DNA of 63,445 nucleotides, the filler included, from Folioceros fuciformis (lineage: Eukaryota): assembly GCA_049999805.1 (NCBI GenBank). It is 4 parts of 4 records of this genome, joined end to end, with 100 filler letters (N's around TTAATTAATTAA, not from the genome) between each part and the next. Parts side by side here need not be neighbours in the genome. Positions count along the whole stretch, not along the records: positions 1 to 28,656 come from JBNGIO010005476.1; 3 more parts are not named here. One strand, 5' to 3'. Shown in pieces: positions 12,410 to 25,229 of the stretch. The position numbers were made by a program, and so were the translations under genes. Within the stretch, counting starts at the first letter, position 1; every line of letters starts with the position of its first letter. The notes under the pieces were generated by a model, which worked only from the letters and a program-made list of their open reading frames with translations, did no database searches and was not told where the DNA came from.

Positions 12410-13285
12410 CTATGCAATCCTACAGGCTCCTTGGAGTTTGCCAGGACTTTGGCCTAACACCACACTCCAGGGCTACACCAAGACTTGCCAGCCTACTACC
12501 ATACTTTTATAAGTGTGCCAATCGACTTTGCCAGCCTACTACCATACTTTTAGGAGTGTGCCAATCAACTAGCGCAGTGCAATCCCTAGAGTACTCTATT
12601 TAGCCGGCACCCTCACGAAATGCACGGGTTAACTTGTATCCTAGCGCACTCCCAAGGTTGGGCTTCGACTTCTTAGAGTGTGTTGGGGCAGGAGTTGATT
12701 GGCCAAGCCTCAAGATTGAACCTGGATTATATATGTTGGGGCACTGGTCACCGACACATTCTTGGGATAATACTCAGCTGCCAACTCATTGACATAATCC
12801 AAGGACTACATCGAGCCACTGACTAATCAATGTCATCCCATGACTATGCCGACGTGCTGGTTGACTAGCACACTCCTAAGGGGCCATTGGCTACACTAGC
12901 TTATCAGTGCACTCACGGGGTACTCTTATCAAGGCCGACACTCACTAGGGGTCAAGACAGGGGAGTTGGGAAGGGGGAAGATGTGGTTCAAGTTGTGCTA
13001 GCCTACCAACACACTCAAACCTAGGGGCGATGGCCTAGCGGCGCACCTAGACCTAAGTAGTAAGTGCATTGGCNNNNNNNNNNGCGATGGCCTAGCGGCG
13101 CACCTAGACCTAAGTAGTAAGTGCATTGGCCTATTGATGCACCAAACCTGAGTCTTGAGTGCGTTGGCCTACTAGCGGCGCACATAGAAATGAGCCTCAA
13201 GTGTATTGGCCTATGAACACACCCAAGCCTAAGTCCCGAGTGCGCTAGCCTACTACTAGGACCACCCAAACCTAAGTCTTGAGTA
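12410..13285. repeat. Degenerate repeat array (GAGTGYGCTAGCCTACTAGCAC-like units); left part of the host sequence of the copia insertion
   Basis: Recurring GCCTACTA/CTAGC motifs and a roughly 42-bp direct duplication at 12482-12568. The same motif family resumes at 18530. Confidence 0.6.
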
Positions 13286-13477
13286 TGTGTTAAACTGAGA
13301 ATGGAGAAACTGTAAATTGTATTGTGTGTTGATTGTATCACAAACTGTATGGGGTAATGCTCTGAGAGCATATGAGAGATCAAGTCTCGAAGAGACACGA
13401 CTATTCATGAACGGGCATGACTGTCTAAGTCATAATTCCCCGGTCAGCTTATCTGTATATGTTCACACATGCTCACA
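13286..13477 (-). repeat. 3' LTR of the copia element
   Basis: Direct repeat of 18336-18529, preceded on the minus strand by the PPT AAGGGGGTG. Confidence 0.93.
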
Positions 13478-16400
13478 CACCCCCTTAAGCGCAAACGGGT
13501 AGATTGGGAAATCAAGAATGATCTAAAAGTCCCAATGCTACAGTGAATTGTGAATGCTTGATCTTGGCCAGCGGCTTGGTGAGTATGTCCGCTACCTGGT
13601 CCTCTGTAGGCACATAGGTGAGGTATAATTCTCCGCTCTTGGCCTTCGTCCGCAGGAAACCCTAGCGTATCTCAATATGTTTGGAACGCTCGTGAAATAG
13701 AAGATCCTTGGATAGCAGAATGGCCTCCTGATTATCGCAACGGATTTCTATGGGTCGGTCATGTGGATAGCCAATCTTTTAATAGTTGAACCAACCAGAG
13801 ACCTTCTTTGGCAGCAACAGCACCTGCGATGTACTCCGATTTTGTAGAGCTTTGAGCCATGGAGGATTGTTTCTTAGATTCCAGCTAACAGCACTCCCTT
13901 CCAATAAAAATACATTGCCACTTGTTGACTTCCGTGAGTCTGGATCATCACTGTAGTCCGCATCCGTCCAACCTGTAAGTTTGGTTTGGGCTCCAAGCCC
14001 ACCTTGGTATCGAATTCCCTTACTCTTGGTGCCTTGTAGGTAGCGAAGAATGCGCTTTACGGCAACCCAATGGGCTTGGCCAACATTGGAGAGGAATTGA
14101 GATGTCAACGAGGTTGGAAGAGCGATATCTAGCCGTGTATTATGTACAAGGTGCTGAAGGTTGCAAACAGCCCTAGCATATGGAATAGGTTTCATTTCCT
14201 CTTCTTCTGCAGGGGTCTTCGGACACATTGTCTTACTAAGGGGAGGCCCTGTTTGCACTCAGCTGGTTTGCAATTAGTCATGTTCAACTTATCCAAAACG
14301 TCAATCACATATCGCTCCTGATGTAAGGTGATTCTCCACTTAGAGGAATCATACATAACCTGTACGCCTAAGCAAAATTGCATAATGTCATTATCTGTCA
14401 TGGAAAATCTACGCAAGAGTGCACCTTTGCATTCTGATAGGTATTTTGCATCATTGGAGACCATGATGAGATCGTCAAATCTATGCAAGAGTGCACCTTT
14501 GCATTCTGATAGGTATTTTGCATCATTAGAGACCATGATGAGATCGTCAAATCTACGCAAGAGTGCACCTTTGCATTCTGATAGGTATTTTGCATCATAG
14601 AAGATCATGATGAGATCATCCACGTAAAGGCCCAGCATCACGATGTGAGAACCTATGTTCTTGGTAAATACACAAGCATCAGCATTACTCTTGGTATATC
14701 CTAGTTCTCAGAGGCATGCGAAGAGTTCTTCATACCATTCTTTTCCGGATTGTTTAAGGCCATACAGACCTTTATGGAGCTTGCAAACCAAGTGTTCGTG
14801 TCCTGGTTTGACGTATCCATCCGGCTGCTTGATATAGATCTCTTCCCGGAGGATACCATTCAAGTATGCAGTCTGCACATTGAACTGATGGACATGGAGA
14901 TTATGTAAAGCTGCTAACGCCAGAATAAGACGAAGAGAGGTTAGTTTCACAATTGGGGTGTAGACCCGATCGCCTGAATAATCGAATCCATCTCATTGAG
15001 TGAAACCTCTAGCCGCAAAACGAGCGTTTAGTGTAGAAACCTGACCATCAGCGTTGTACTTCTTTCTAACTACCCATTTACTTCCCACAACGTGACGTCC
15101 TGGTGGCAAAGGTACAAGAGTCCAAGTCTTGTTGTCCATGAGGGATTTATACTCACTATCCATGGCCTTTCTCCATCCTTCTGCTTCGGGGCCAGCGAGA
15201 GCCTTCTTAGTTGTTATTATGTCGGGACAATCAGCTGTATAAGCAGCTAAGCCGCGAGCTCTAAATTCCAAATTATGGAACTTTATTCCTGGAATACCCT
15301 TAGTGGTTCTCTGTGAGGTCCGAGTTGAAGGGATAGGAGCTGCTACAGTAGGTTGGTTAGAGTTCTCAGATTGCTTATCTCTGTTGCTAAACCTTGCGAA
15401 TGGAATTGCATTGCATTGTTGTGGTCTTCCCTACCCTCTCCCCCTGTTAGCTGCAAGGAAGGAAGCAATCCTGGAAGGGCAGCAGAAGGAGAAGTGAGGG
15501 CTGGAATTCCCAGGATACCTGAATGTGAAGGAGCCCTAATTGGTCTGATGGAATTGTCCAAAGCCTCACGAAATGAAAGGCGGGACCGAGGAGGGGAAGG
15601 CACATGATCCCTAGGGGGCCAAAGTGGTGGTTGGTGATGAAAGGGAATTGAGGATCCGCCGGAGAGCTGTTGGTTGTAGAGCCAGAAGGTCGTCATAAAT
15701 TTACTTGAAAATTAGGAGAGCCAGTCATAACTGACTGCGCCTACGGCAAAGCCAGGGTTTGCAGAGGTGCAATAGAGCCAGGCTGTGGAGGTGAAGCTGT
15801 GAGGGGCATCGCACCTCTAGCAATGGGATGATTAGCAGGGGTTATGATTGTGGCAGGTCCTGCCACAGGGCTGGCTTGCCAATCTAGGTCAAATTCAACG
15901 GATACAGCAGGATCATCCGGAGTCTGTAAAACTGGTGTTGGTGGTGCCATAGGAGGAGAATCCGGAGCGCGTTGAGCAGGGGCTGTAGGGTTTTGAAGCA
16001 AGCTTGCCTTGGAGGTGTCAGGGAGGAAATCTGGAGCCGATATTCTCTCTGTATCTCGGTTAGGAAGTTGTACACCCCCTGAAGGCTAGATAAGGGAATT
16101 CTCATCAAACACGACATTCCGACCTACAGAAATTCAGCGTGTGGCTCGGTCCAAAAGTCTATAGCCTTTAACTCCTATGCTTTCCCCATAACCAATAAAG
16201 GTGAGTTTGACAAATCTGGAGTCCAATTTGCGGCATCCTTCTGCTGGAACATGCTTGTAGGCAGGACAACCAAAAATTCTTAAGTGGGTGACCTGTGGTT
16301 TGTGGCCTGTCCAGATTTCGAAGGGTGTCTTGTCCGAGATCGTAGAGGTGTTGCATCGATTTTGAACGTAACAAACTGCAGTAGCAGCATCAACCCACAA

Positions 16401-18323
16401 GGTATCGGGTAGACCTGCTGTGACTAGGGAGCTCCTAGTTGCATCCGTGAGGGAGCGATTCCTACGCTCCGCTTTCCCTAATTGCTTATGTGCATAGGGC
16501 ACAATTTTATGATGGGCTATGCCGTATGTAGACAAGAAGTTCTCAAAGGCAGATGAGGTGAGTTCACCTACGTTGTCTGTCCTAAGTATTTGGATGCGCT
16601 TACCAGTTTGATTTTCCACTAGGGCTTTATAGAGTTGAAAGGAAGCAAACGCTTCAGATTTATGCCTAAGGAAATAAAGGTGGGTGTAGTGGCTATAATC
16701 ATCCAAAAGGACAAACATGTGCAGCTTTCCATTTAGAGATTCTGTCTGCATGGGGCCATAAAGGTCAGCATGCACTAATGCTAAACTGCTATTTGTGGTA
16801 CTAGTTGATCTAGGATATGGCTGTGTGTGCTGCTTGCCCATCAAGCAACCTTCACATAAAGGCAGGTCAGCATGAAACCGGTGAGGTAGTCCGTCAACCA
16901 TTTGTTTGGATTGCATGCATTTTATGCCCTGGAAGTGTAAGTGGCTTAACCTCAAGTGCCAAAGTGTTGTTAGGGAACTATGGTTGAGGTGAGCAGCAAG
17001 GCTTACATTTGTGGGTTGGGCAGGAGCAGAAACTCCAATCCCCACGGGGAAGAGTCCCCTTGTACAAGGCCAATGGATCGACATGTCCTGGCCTGCAAAG
17101 GTAGTAGTGTGGATAACACACCCATGTTGGTTGAAGATGATGCTACAGTTAGGATTGCGGATTATCTGATTCTCAAAGCACAAATTCTTGGACAGCCCGA
17201 AGACGTGTAGGAGATCCCTTACACAAGCTATAAAGTCATGCACCTGGAGTTGAATGGTGCCCTTGCCCACGGCCATGTGAGGAGAGTCGTCTCCCATGAG
17301 GATGGGTAGGGATACCTCAAGTAGTGAGTAGTCCGTCCATTCTTCTCGCGAGGTCATGTGTTCCGTCGCTCCCGAGTTAAGCAGCTAGTGATCTGGAAGG
17401 ATGGAACTTGCGGCCAAGGCGGAGATAGCAGTGAAGAGGTAAGCATTTGTGGAAGTGGTAGCAATAGATGTGCTAGAAGTACTTCCTGCTTTATACCTCT
17501 GTTTCTTTCTGCAGGCTGGGGCTATATGCCCTCTCTTACCGCAATAGTGACATGTTTTGTCTTTGTGATTAGGGTTGTTGGAAGGTGGTGGTCTGCTAGG
17601 ACCGGGAGCAGAGCCAAAATTTCTAGATCCAGCTTTGAATCTAGGGTTCCTGCCTCGTCCACCTGCAAAGAGAGCTGAAGGAGGAGAGTTGTCTCCTGCA
17701 ATCAAGACATCTTTGTTGCGGATTTTCATCAAAAGACTTGCTAAGATTAGAGGTCTTTGTTTGGTAGCATGATTGGCTTCTATAGAGATAAATGACCTCC
17801 AGGATTTTGGGAGGGCCATCAGTAATTGTGTGACCTTCTATTCCTCCTTCAAGTCAAGTCTTATGGAGATGGCCTCGAGGGTCTAACGTCTTTTCCCAGG
17901 TTTCCAAGAAATCCGAGACTGATCCTCCGTCCTTGAGTTTGATGGAGGCAAGCTTTTGAGCAGTGAGGAGTTGTGATGGTAAACTTACCTCCTGCAACGA
18001 TGCCGCAAGCTTGTCCCATAAGGATTTAGCATTAGGTTGTTGTCTCACAATAGGTAGGATTCTGTCTCCTATGTGCAGGATGAGCTCCGCATGGGCGGAG
18101 ATATCCTTGATGATCCAAGCATGTTCATCTGCATGATTCTTGGCTGGTCTAGGCTCAAAGCCGTCGACCACAAGCCATAGCATCAACTTTTTGAGCAGAG
18201 ATTCCACCTGTATGGACCATGTCTCATAGTTCTGGTGAGTTAATTTTTCTATCTGATAATGTCTTCCTTGTGTGGAAGGAAGAGTAGCCATTGTAGGCTA
18301 CTAGAGTCATGGATCTTTTCCAT

Positions 18324-18335
18324 GCTCTGATACCA
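18324..18335 (-). promoter_or_regulatory. Primer-binding site (tRNA-iMet) of the copia element
   Basis: TGGTATCAGAGC on the minus strand, immediately internal to the 5' LTR. Confidence 0.92.
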
Positions 18336-18529
18336 TGTATTAAATTGAGAACGGAGAGATTGGAAATTGTATTCTGTGTGTAGATTGTATCACAAACTGT
18401 AGAGGGTAATGCTTTGAGAGCATATGAGAGATCAAGTCTCGAAGAGACACGACTGTTCATGAACGGGCATGACTATCTAAGTTCTAATTCCCCGGTCAGC
18501 TTATCTATATGTGTTCACACATGCTCACA
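18336..18529 (-). repeat. 5' LTR of the copia element
   Basis: 194 bp, TG...CA, direct repeat of 13286-13477. Confidence 0.93.
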
Positions 18530-20050
18530 GAGTGTGCTAGCCTACTAGCACACCTGGACCTACATCCCGAGTGCACTAGCCTACTAGCCCACCAAAACGA
18601 TCATCCATAGGGCACTAGCTCACTAGTGTACTCACACCTTTTGGCCCGAGTGCAATTCCCATGGATACAAGCACATCTTAGGGCCCAAGTGTGTTGGTTT
18701 AAGTATGCACGTGCCCCCACACCTTGGGGCTCTAGTACACTAGCTATAGCTCACTAGCGCACTCACACCTTGGAGCCCATGTGCATCAGCCTAGTGTAAT
18801 TAAGACTTAGCTCTAGTGTTAGGGTCGTCCTCACATCATAGAATAAAGTGGCTATAGCAAGTCTGAAGGACGGATGTAAGGGACGAAGGCCATGTCCTCA
18901 ATGCCCACGACGACAACCCGTAAGATAATCAGTCTTGAATAATAAAACATGAGAACAAGATGGGGAGAAAGAGAACCTAGCTTCCTAAAAATACCGTGCT
19001 TAAAGTGCTTATTGCTCGGCCAAATCACTAGCTGCATCGTTGAAGGTTTGTAGGCAGATGATGTCTTCCAAAACCTATAGAATCCCTTTCTTTCAATTTG
19101 TCATAAAAAGCAAAAAGCTGGTACAATCTCAAGAGTTTTGGCTCGAACATTCTCAAAAGGGCTAACTAGGATAGCTTTGGGAGTCCTAACTAAAATAGTT
19201 CCAAGAGTTCCCATTGCAACAGTTCAAAGAGTCCTCATTGAAACAGTCCTAAAAGTCCTAATTGAGACAATCTAGGGAGTCCCAACTGATCCAACACATA
19301 ACTGAAACAGTCTCAGGAGTCCCTACTAAAACAATTGCGAGAATCCTAACTGAAACAATCCTAGGAGTCCTAGCTAAGATAGTCTCAAAAGCCTTACTAC
19401 AATAATCTTAGGAGTCCTAGCTGGAACAGTTTTAGAATTCTTGATTGAGATAGTCTCAAGTGTGCATTGTTTTAGCAATCTTAGTTGGGGAAGACTTAGG
19501 AGTCCCGACTTGACTTCCTCAAAAGAAAATGAGTTTTGTTCATGGGGATTAGACAAAGCTGATAAAGTACTTATTGCTTCGAAGAGATTCTCTATGCAAC
19601 AAGAGGGAATTACAAGGGTTGCAACTCTAATTGCCTATGCAACTTGGCCAAACCAACTTGTGATAGATGGGAGTCTATCAACCACACCTTAGCCTAGTTC
19701 AAAGGAGCACATAGCAATGAGAGAACTCAACTTTGCATTCCTCAACACAAGAGCTATAAAATGTTTCTCCTCTAATAGCAACAAACTAGATCTAGGTGCA
19801 ACTTTGAAGATTAGACTCACTTACGCCTTGCCTCATAGTCTTTATCCTTGTATGCACCGTCACCTTCACAATCCACCCAACCTCTCTACTATGCTTCGCT
19901 AGATTTGTTGTTGTGCTATTTGTGCTATGATGCTGGGTGCTTATGCTCTTCATGCACCTTACCCATGTTAAGGTGTAGGTGTGACCTTTTTAGAGTTTTT
20001 CCAATGCAATCACACTTGCTAGTTTCTAGTCTTTAAATTAAATTTTCTGG
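18530..20050. repeat. Degenerate repeat or TE remnant; right part of the host sequence, including a roughly 21-bp GAGTCCTAACTGAAACAGT-like array at 19170-19510
   Basis: Recurrent motifs, AT-rich, no intact ORF, and absent from the homologous spacer between copies A' and B'. Confidence 0.55.
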
Positions 20051-20623
20051 TAATGCCAACAACCAACAAAGGGCTAGCTAGCCTTTTTTAAATTTAAATA
20101 TTTTGATTATATTGTTTATCGCCAGCGAGGTAGGAGCACAATTCGGCATTATGGAAGTCACCAGAATGTCCAGACCTGGTGATGGACATTATCCACACTC
20201 CAGTGACCGACAACAGAAAAGCATGCGAGAAGACAACGACCAATTCGGGACGGTGTCCTACACAGATATACAGACACAAACATATACATACATAACGTAA
20301 AGTGTATGTACAAAACGTGTCGACTCCACACTGGATGGTTTGAGCTGAATCGTGGACGCGCATGATGTTTGCTGGCGCCGAGCATTGACGCAACCCTTTG
20401 CCGGTACGGCAGGTCGCCTGCCGGGAAGCTTCCTAGCCGGCGTCTGCGGGGAGCCCTGTCGGCGGTGTGTCCTCGTATCCGCGACCGCTTCCACATCTGA
20501 ACGGTATAAATGGGGAAGGCTTCTTCCTGTCTTGCAAGCACGGATCACACGGTACTTTACGCTTGTGACATCTTGTGCACTGTGCGACATCTTGTGCGGT
20601 TTCGGTCCAACGTGGGAGGCAGG

Positions 20624-21656
20624 ATGGATGGAGTGAAGGCGACGACGTTCATCCGGAGCCTGCTGGTTCTGGCGGTGTTGGCATCTCCGCTCACAGCCGT
20701 CATGGCAAAGACGGCCAAGTACAATAATGAGTCAGGTTTGATGTGCTACCCCGGGCCGGATGAATCAGTTTTTCCGGCTTTGTGTGAAATCCTGATTTCT
20801 CGTCGGCAAACCTAAGGTTTTTTTCACACGGACATTTCGAGCTAATCGGTGTAAGCTGGCATTGGATGGTGATGGCTGCAGGCGTGGTGAAGGATGCTTG
20901 GCCTGAGTACTATTTTGCTGCCAACGCAACAGAAGTTGCGGACGAGATCCGGGCCAGCGGGCTTGTGGATTTCGTGTTTGAGTGGGGACCGAGCCCGAGC
21001 CAGTCTCCCCCCTTCTTCCCTGGCACGGAGGAATCTGTCTGGATCTACACTGATTACGATGGCCTTGTCTACCAGATTCCGAAGCGCGGGCTCTTCCATT
21101 TCAATCGTAAGCCATTCGCATCTTTCTCGTTTGTTAGATCACATTCCGCTGAGGTTGCTCACGTGAGGAGTGGTCCGTTGCTTGTGGCAATGGGAATGAG
21201 TGCGAGCTCAGGGTGCCTGTCTGCATTTCGATTGATTGATAGTGGATCGCCAATCCTTGCACGATCGGTGTTGCCATTTCTTTGATTTGATCCTGGACCA
21301 CCAGAGTTTGCACTTGCCATTTGTTTGATTTGACTTGATAGTGCATCACCAGTCCAAGGTTGCATGTTTGCACTTTCCATTTGTTTGAATTCATTTGATA
21401 GTGTTTGAATTGATTTGATATCAGCTCATCACCCATCCTTGCTTGTTTCCACTTTGCAGGCGTGGATCCCGGATGGGGAGAGCTCGTGGGCGTGCATTAC
21501 CTGGACGCTATCAAAGCCATCCTGGAGGAAGTGATTGGAGTTACGGTGCAGTATGGGCCTCAAGGATTCGCTCGCACGCGCGACTATAGGCTGGACCGCG
21601 TGTTCCTAGATCTTGACAAAAACGGAAATGTTGCCTTAGTTCCAAAAATTGGTTAG
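20624..21656 (+). CDS. Secreted two-domain I13-like inhibitor, copy B
   Basis: MDGVKATTFIRSLLVLAVL signal peptide, same 3-exon structure, exon 3 loop FARTRDYRLDRV. Confidence 0.85.
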
Positions 21657-22493
21657 AGCCAGAGTGGCCAGAGCCTGTGCCGGGGTTCCATACTCGCGGG
21701 GTTCACAGTGGGAACTCCTAAATAATCTGTCTCCAACACACTGAGAATTCAAGTTAAGTATCGTAATTTCAAATCATGTGGAAGAATCGCATAAGTACCA
21801 GGCTAGTGCGCTGGAAATGGAGCAAAGCTCTCCTGCTGTTGGAGGATTCAGTTAGTCTGCAGCATCCCATTCCCGTCCTTTGTCAATCCGACTCCTCGGC
21901 CCTGGATGTCGTTCCCCCGGGACTTACCAGGTCCCTCTTGAAGCATCTGCAGCAGGGAAAGGAACCCAATCCTTCCCACCATTTTCTCTGGTCTCCCCAA
22001 GATCCAATTATGGAGCAATCCTTCACAATGTACTGGATCAGCGTTTGTTCTGCCAGAAATCACGGAAATGGCTGGATGTTTCTCTCATTGGTCATACGCA
22101 CAACTCGAGTCATGCCAGGACCGGCTGCTCGCGTTTCCTGCACGTATCACGCGGGACGTACGTGCCGTCGCCGTAACTGATGCGCTGGCAGCATTGCGAT
22201 GATCCTAGTCTACACCATGGCCTGCGTGCTAGCGACGAGCGTTGCCACCCTCGGGCCAGAACCTTCGCCGTTTCGCCAACCAGCGCGTGCTTGAGAAGCT
22301 TCTGAGGTCGGAGGTCGGCGGCCACGCCTGGAAATGGTTGGCCGGATCTCGGCGACCGTTTCCGCATCTCGCTGGTACAAAATGGGGAAGGCTTCTTCCT
22401 GTCTTGCATGCACAGGATCATCCGCTGCTTTGTGATCGTCTTCTGTTTTCGTTCCATCTTGCGCTAGCTTCGAATTTGAGAAAGATCCAGAGC

Positions 22494-23325
22494 ATGGCGG
22501 GAGTGAAGGCGACGTGGCTCATTTGGAGCCTGCTTGTTCTGGCTGTTTTAACATCTCCGCTGACCGCCGTGATGGTGAACGCAGCGTACAATAATGAGTC
22601 AGGTTTGATAAGCTACTTTCTCCGGATGGATCACATTTTCGGCTTGAGACTTTCCAGATGTGAAGTTCATTCCTTGTGTGCAATGCGGACGCCTTGTGAT
22701 CTCCGTCAGGCTATACGATCTGGTTTCAATGACTGCAGGCGTGGTGAAGGATGCCTGGCCTGAGTATTATTTTGCGACCGACGTGACACAAGTAGAGGAA
22801 GAGATCCAGGACAGCGGCCTTGCGGATTTGGTGTTTGTCTGGGGACCGAGCCCGAGCCAGTCCCCGCCCTTCTTCCCCGGCACGGAGAATTCTGTCTGGA
22901 TCTACAGTGACTATCAGGGCTTCGTTTCCCAGATTCCGAAGCGCGGGCTCTTCCACTTCAATCGTAAGCCACTGCCATGTCGTTCCTCTATCAAAGGTGT
23001 CGGTGAGCTGTAGCAATTGAAAAGTGTCCGGGGCCAGGGGTTTCCGTCTGCAACTCCTGATATGCAAGGCAAGCCTCGCCAACTTGTGTCCGGATTGTGT
23101 CAGAGTCTGATTTATTTGCTCTTTGCAGGCGTGGATCCTGGGTGGACGGAGCTCGTCGGAGTGAATTACCTTGATGCTATAAAAGCCATCTTGGAGGAGG
23201 TGATTGGAGTCAAGGTAGTGTATGGGCCCCAAGGATTCTCTCGAATTGAAGACTATCGCCTTGATCGCGTGTTCCTCGACCTTGACGAGGCTGGCAATGT
23301 TGCTTTGGTTCCAAGACTTGGTTAG
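22494..23325 (+). CDS. Secreted two-domain I13-like inhibitor, copy A'
   Basis: Near-identical to copy A; exon 3 loop FSRIEDYRLDRV. Confidence 0.85.
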
Positions 23326-24052
23326 AGCTTCAAGCGGTGTGCAGGTGTCCCGGCACACAACGGGTTTCTTTTATCGTAATTATTGTAAATGATGTGGAAT
23401 AATGTTACACTGTCAAATTCATCCATTGGAAATGGAAACGTTCCCGAAACCTACCAATTCCAGGATTCGCTGGATAATCCCATTCCTGTCCAACGTCAAT
23501 AGGGCTAAATGCGGACCTAACAAAGGCCATTATCTTCATTCTCATTATTTGTTAAGCGATTTAAACAAGTCTAGTAGGCCATAACAAAAATCAGCCCTCG
23601 ATCGACGTCACTTCCTAACTAGATGTCATACAGTATGTATGTACGTACATAATGTAAAACGTATGATACGTGTCTGCGAACTGGATGTTGTGAGCTCAAG
23701 GAAGAGTCGACACGCCCGGATGTTTGCTGGCGCCGAGAACTCACTCCACCTTTTGCCGTCTTGGCAAATCGCCTGCCGAGAAGCTTTCGTGCCGGCGGCC
23801 GTGGGAAGCCCTGTCGGCAGTGTGTTCTGGCGGAAGGGTGATGGACAAAGAGGCTTTGTCGTCACTGTTGTTTACTGTTGATGGAGATGAGGCGGGAGGG
23901 TGGTGATGCCGTTGAGATGCGGAAGCGGTCGCTTCCGCATCTCAACGGCATATATGGGGAAGGCTGCTTGCTTCCCGTCTTGCAAGCACAGATCATTCGC
24001 TCCTTTGCGTTTGCGACATCTTGTGCGTTTGTGTTGCAACGTGGGAAGCGGG

Positions 24053-25229
24053 ATGGATGGAGTGAAGGCGACGAGGCTCATCCGGTGCCTGCTCGTTCTG
24101 GCGGTGTTGCCATCTCCGCTCACCGCCGTAATGGCAAAGGCGGCCGAGTACAATAAGGAGTCAGGTTTGATGTGTTACGTCGTGCGCCGGTTGAATCAGT
24201 TTCTTCAGCTTGTTTGAGATCGTGAATTGTCGTCGGAAAACCTTTGGTTGCGGGACACGGAAATTTTCAGCGTATCGGTGTAAGCTGGAATGGGATGTTG
24301 ATGGCTGCAGGCGCGCTGAAGGATGCTTGGCCTGAGTACTATTTTGCTCCCAACGCAACAGAAGTTGCGGACGAGATCAGGGCCAGCGGGCTTGTTGATT
24401 CCGTGTTTGTCTGGGGACCGAGCCCGAGCCGGTCTCCCCCTTTCTTCTCCGGCACAGAGAAATCTGTCTGGATCTACCCTGATTATGATGGCCTCGTCTA
24501 CCAGATACCGAAGCGCGGGCTCTTCCACTTTAATCGTAAGCCATTCGCATCCTTGTCGTTTGTACATTCCGCTAAAGTTGCTCACATCAGGAGTGGTCCG
24601 CGCTTCTTGTAGCAATGGGGGTAAGTCCGATACTTGTATTTTTGTCTGCAATTTGACATGCGAGCATCACCAACTGTGTCCGGATTGTCTTGAAGAACGT
24701 TTGCACCCGCCGTCTATTTGGATTGATTGATAGTGGATCACCAATCCTTGCAAGATAGGTGTTGCCATTTGTTTGAATTGGTCGACCAATGTTTGCACTT
24801 GCCATTTGTTTGATTTTACTGGATAGTGCATCACCAATCCTTGCATGTGCACTTTCCCTTTGTTTGACTTCATTTGATGGTGGCTCATCAACGTTAGACG
24901 TTTGCACTTTCAATTTCTTGGAATTGATTGGATAGCAGTGCATCACCAACGCTTTCGTGTTTGCACTAGCCATTTGTTTGAATTGAGTTGATACCAGCTC
25001 ATCACCAATCCTTGCATGTTTCCACTTCGCAGGCGTGGATCCCGGATGGATAGATCTCGTAGGCGTGCCTTACCTGGACGCCACGAAAGCCATCTGGAAG
25101 GAAGTGATTGGAGTTACGGTGCAATATGGGCCCAAAGGATTCGCTCGCACGCGCGACTATAGACTGGACCGCGTGTTCCTAGATCTTGACGAGCACGGAA
25201 ATGTTGCGTTAGTTCCAAGAATTGGTTAG
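24053..25229 (+). CDS. Secreted two-domain I13-like inhibitor, copy B'
   Basis: Paralogue of copy B; exon 3 loop FARTRDYRLDRV; intron 2 expanded by repeats. Confidence 0.85.

Larger units (their letters stand above)
13286..18529 (-). mobile_element. Full-length decayed Ty1/copia LTR retrotransposon
   Basis: TG..CA LTRs at 13286-13477 and 18336-18529, PBS, PPT and near-TSD GAGTA/GAGTG. Gag with CHYCGKRGHIAPAC knuckle, protease remnant NSGATEHM, integrase (HADLYGP, LRTDN), RT (LYGLKQSG, LYVDDL) and RNase H (WTDADY...RKSTSG). Many stops and frameshifts. Confidence 0.96.
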
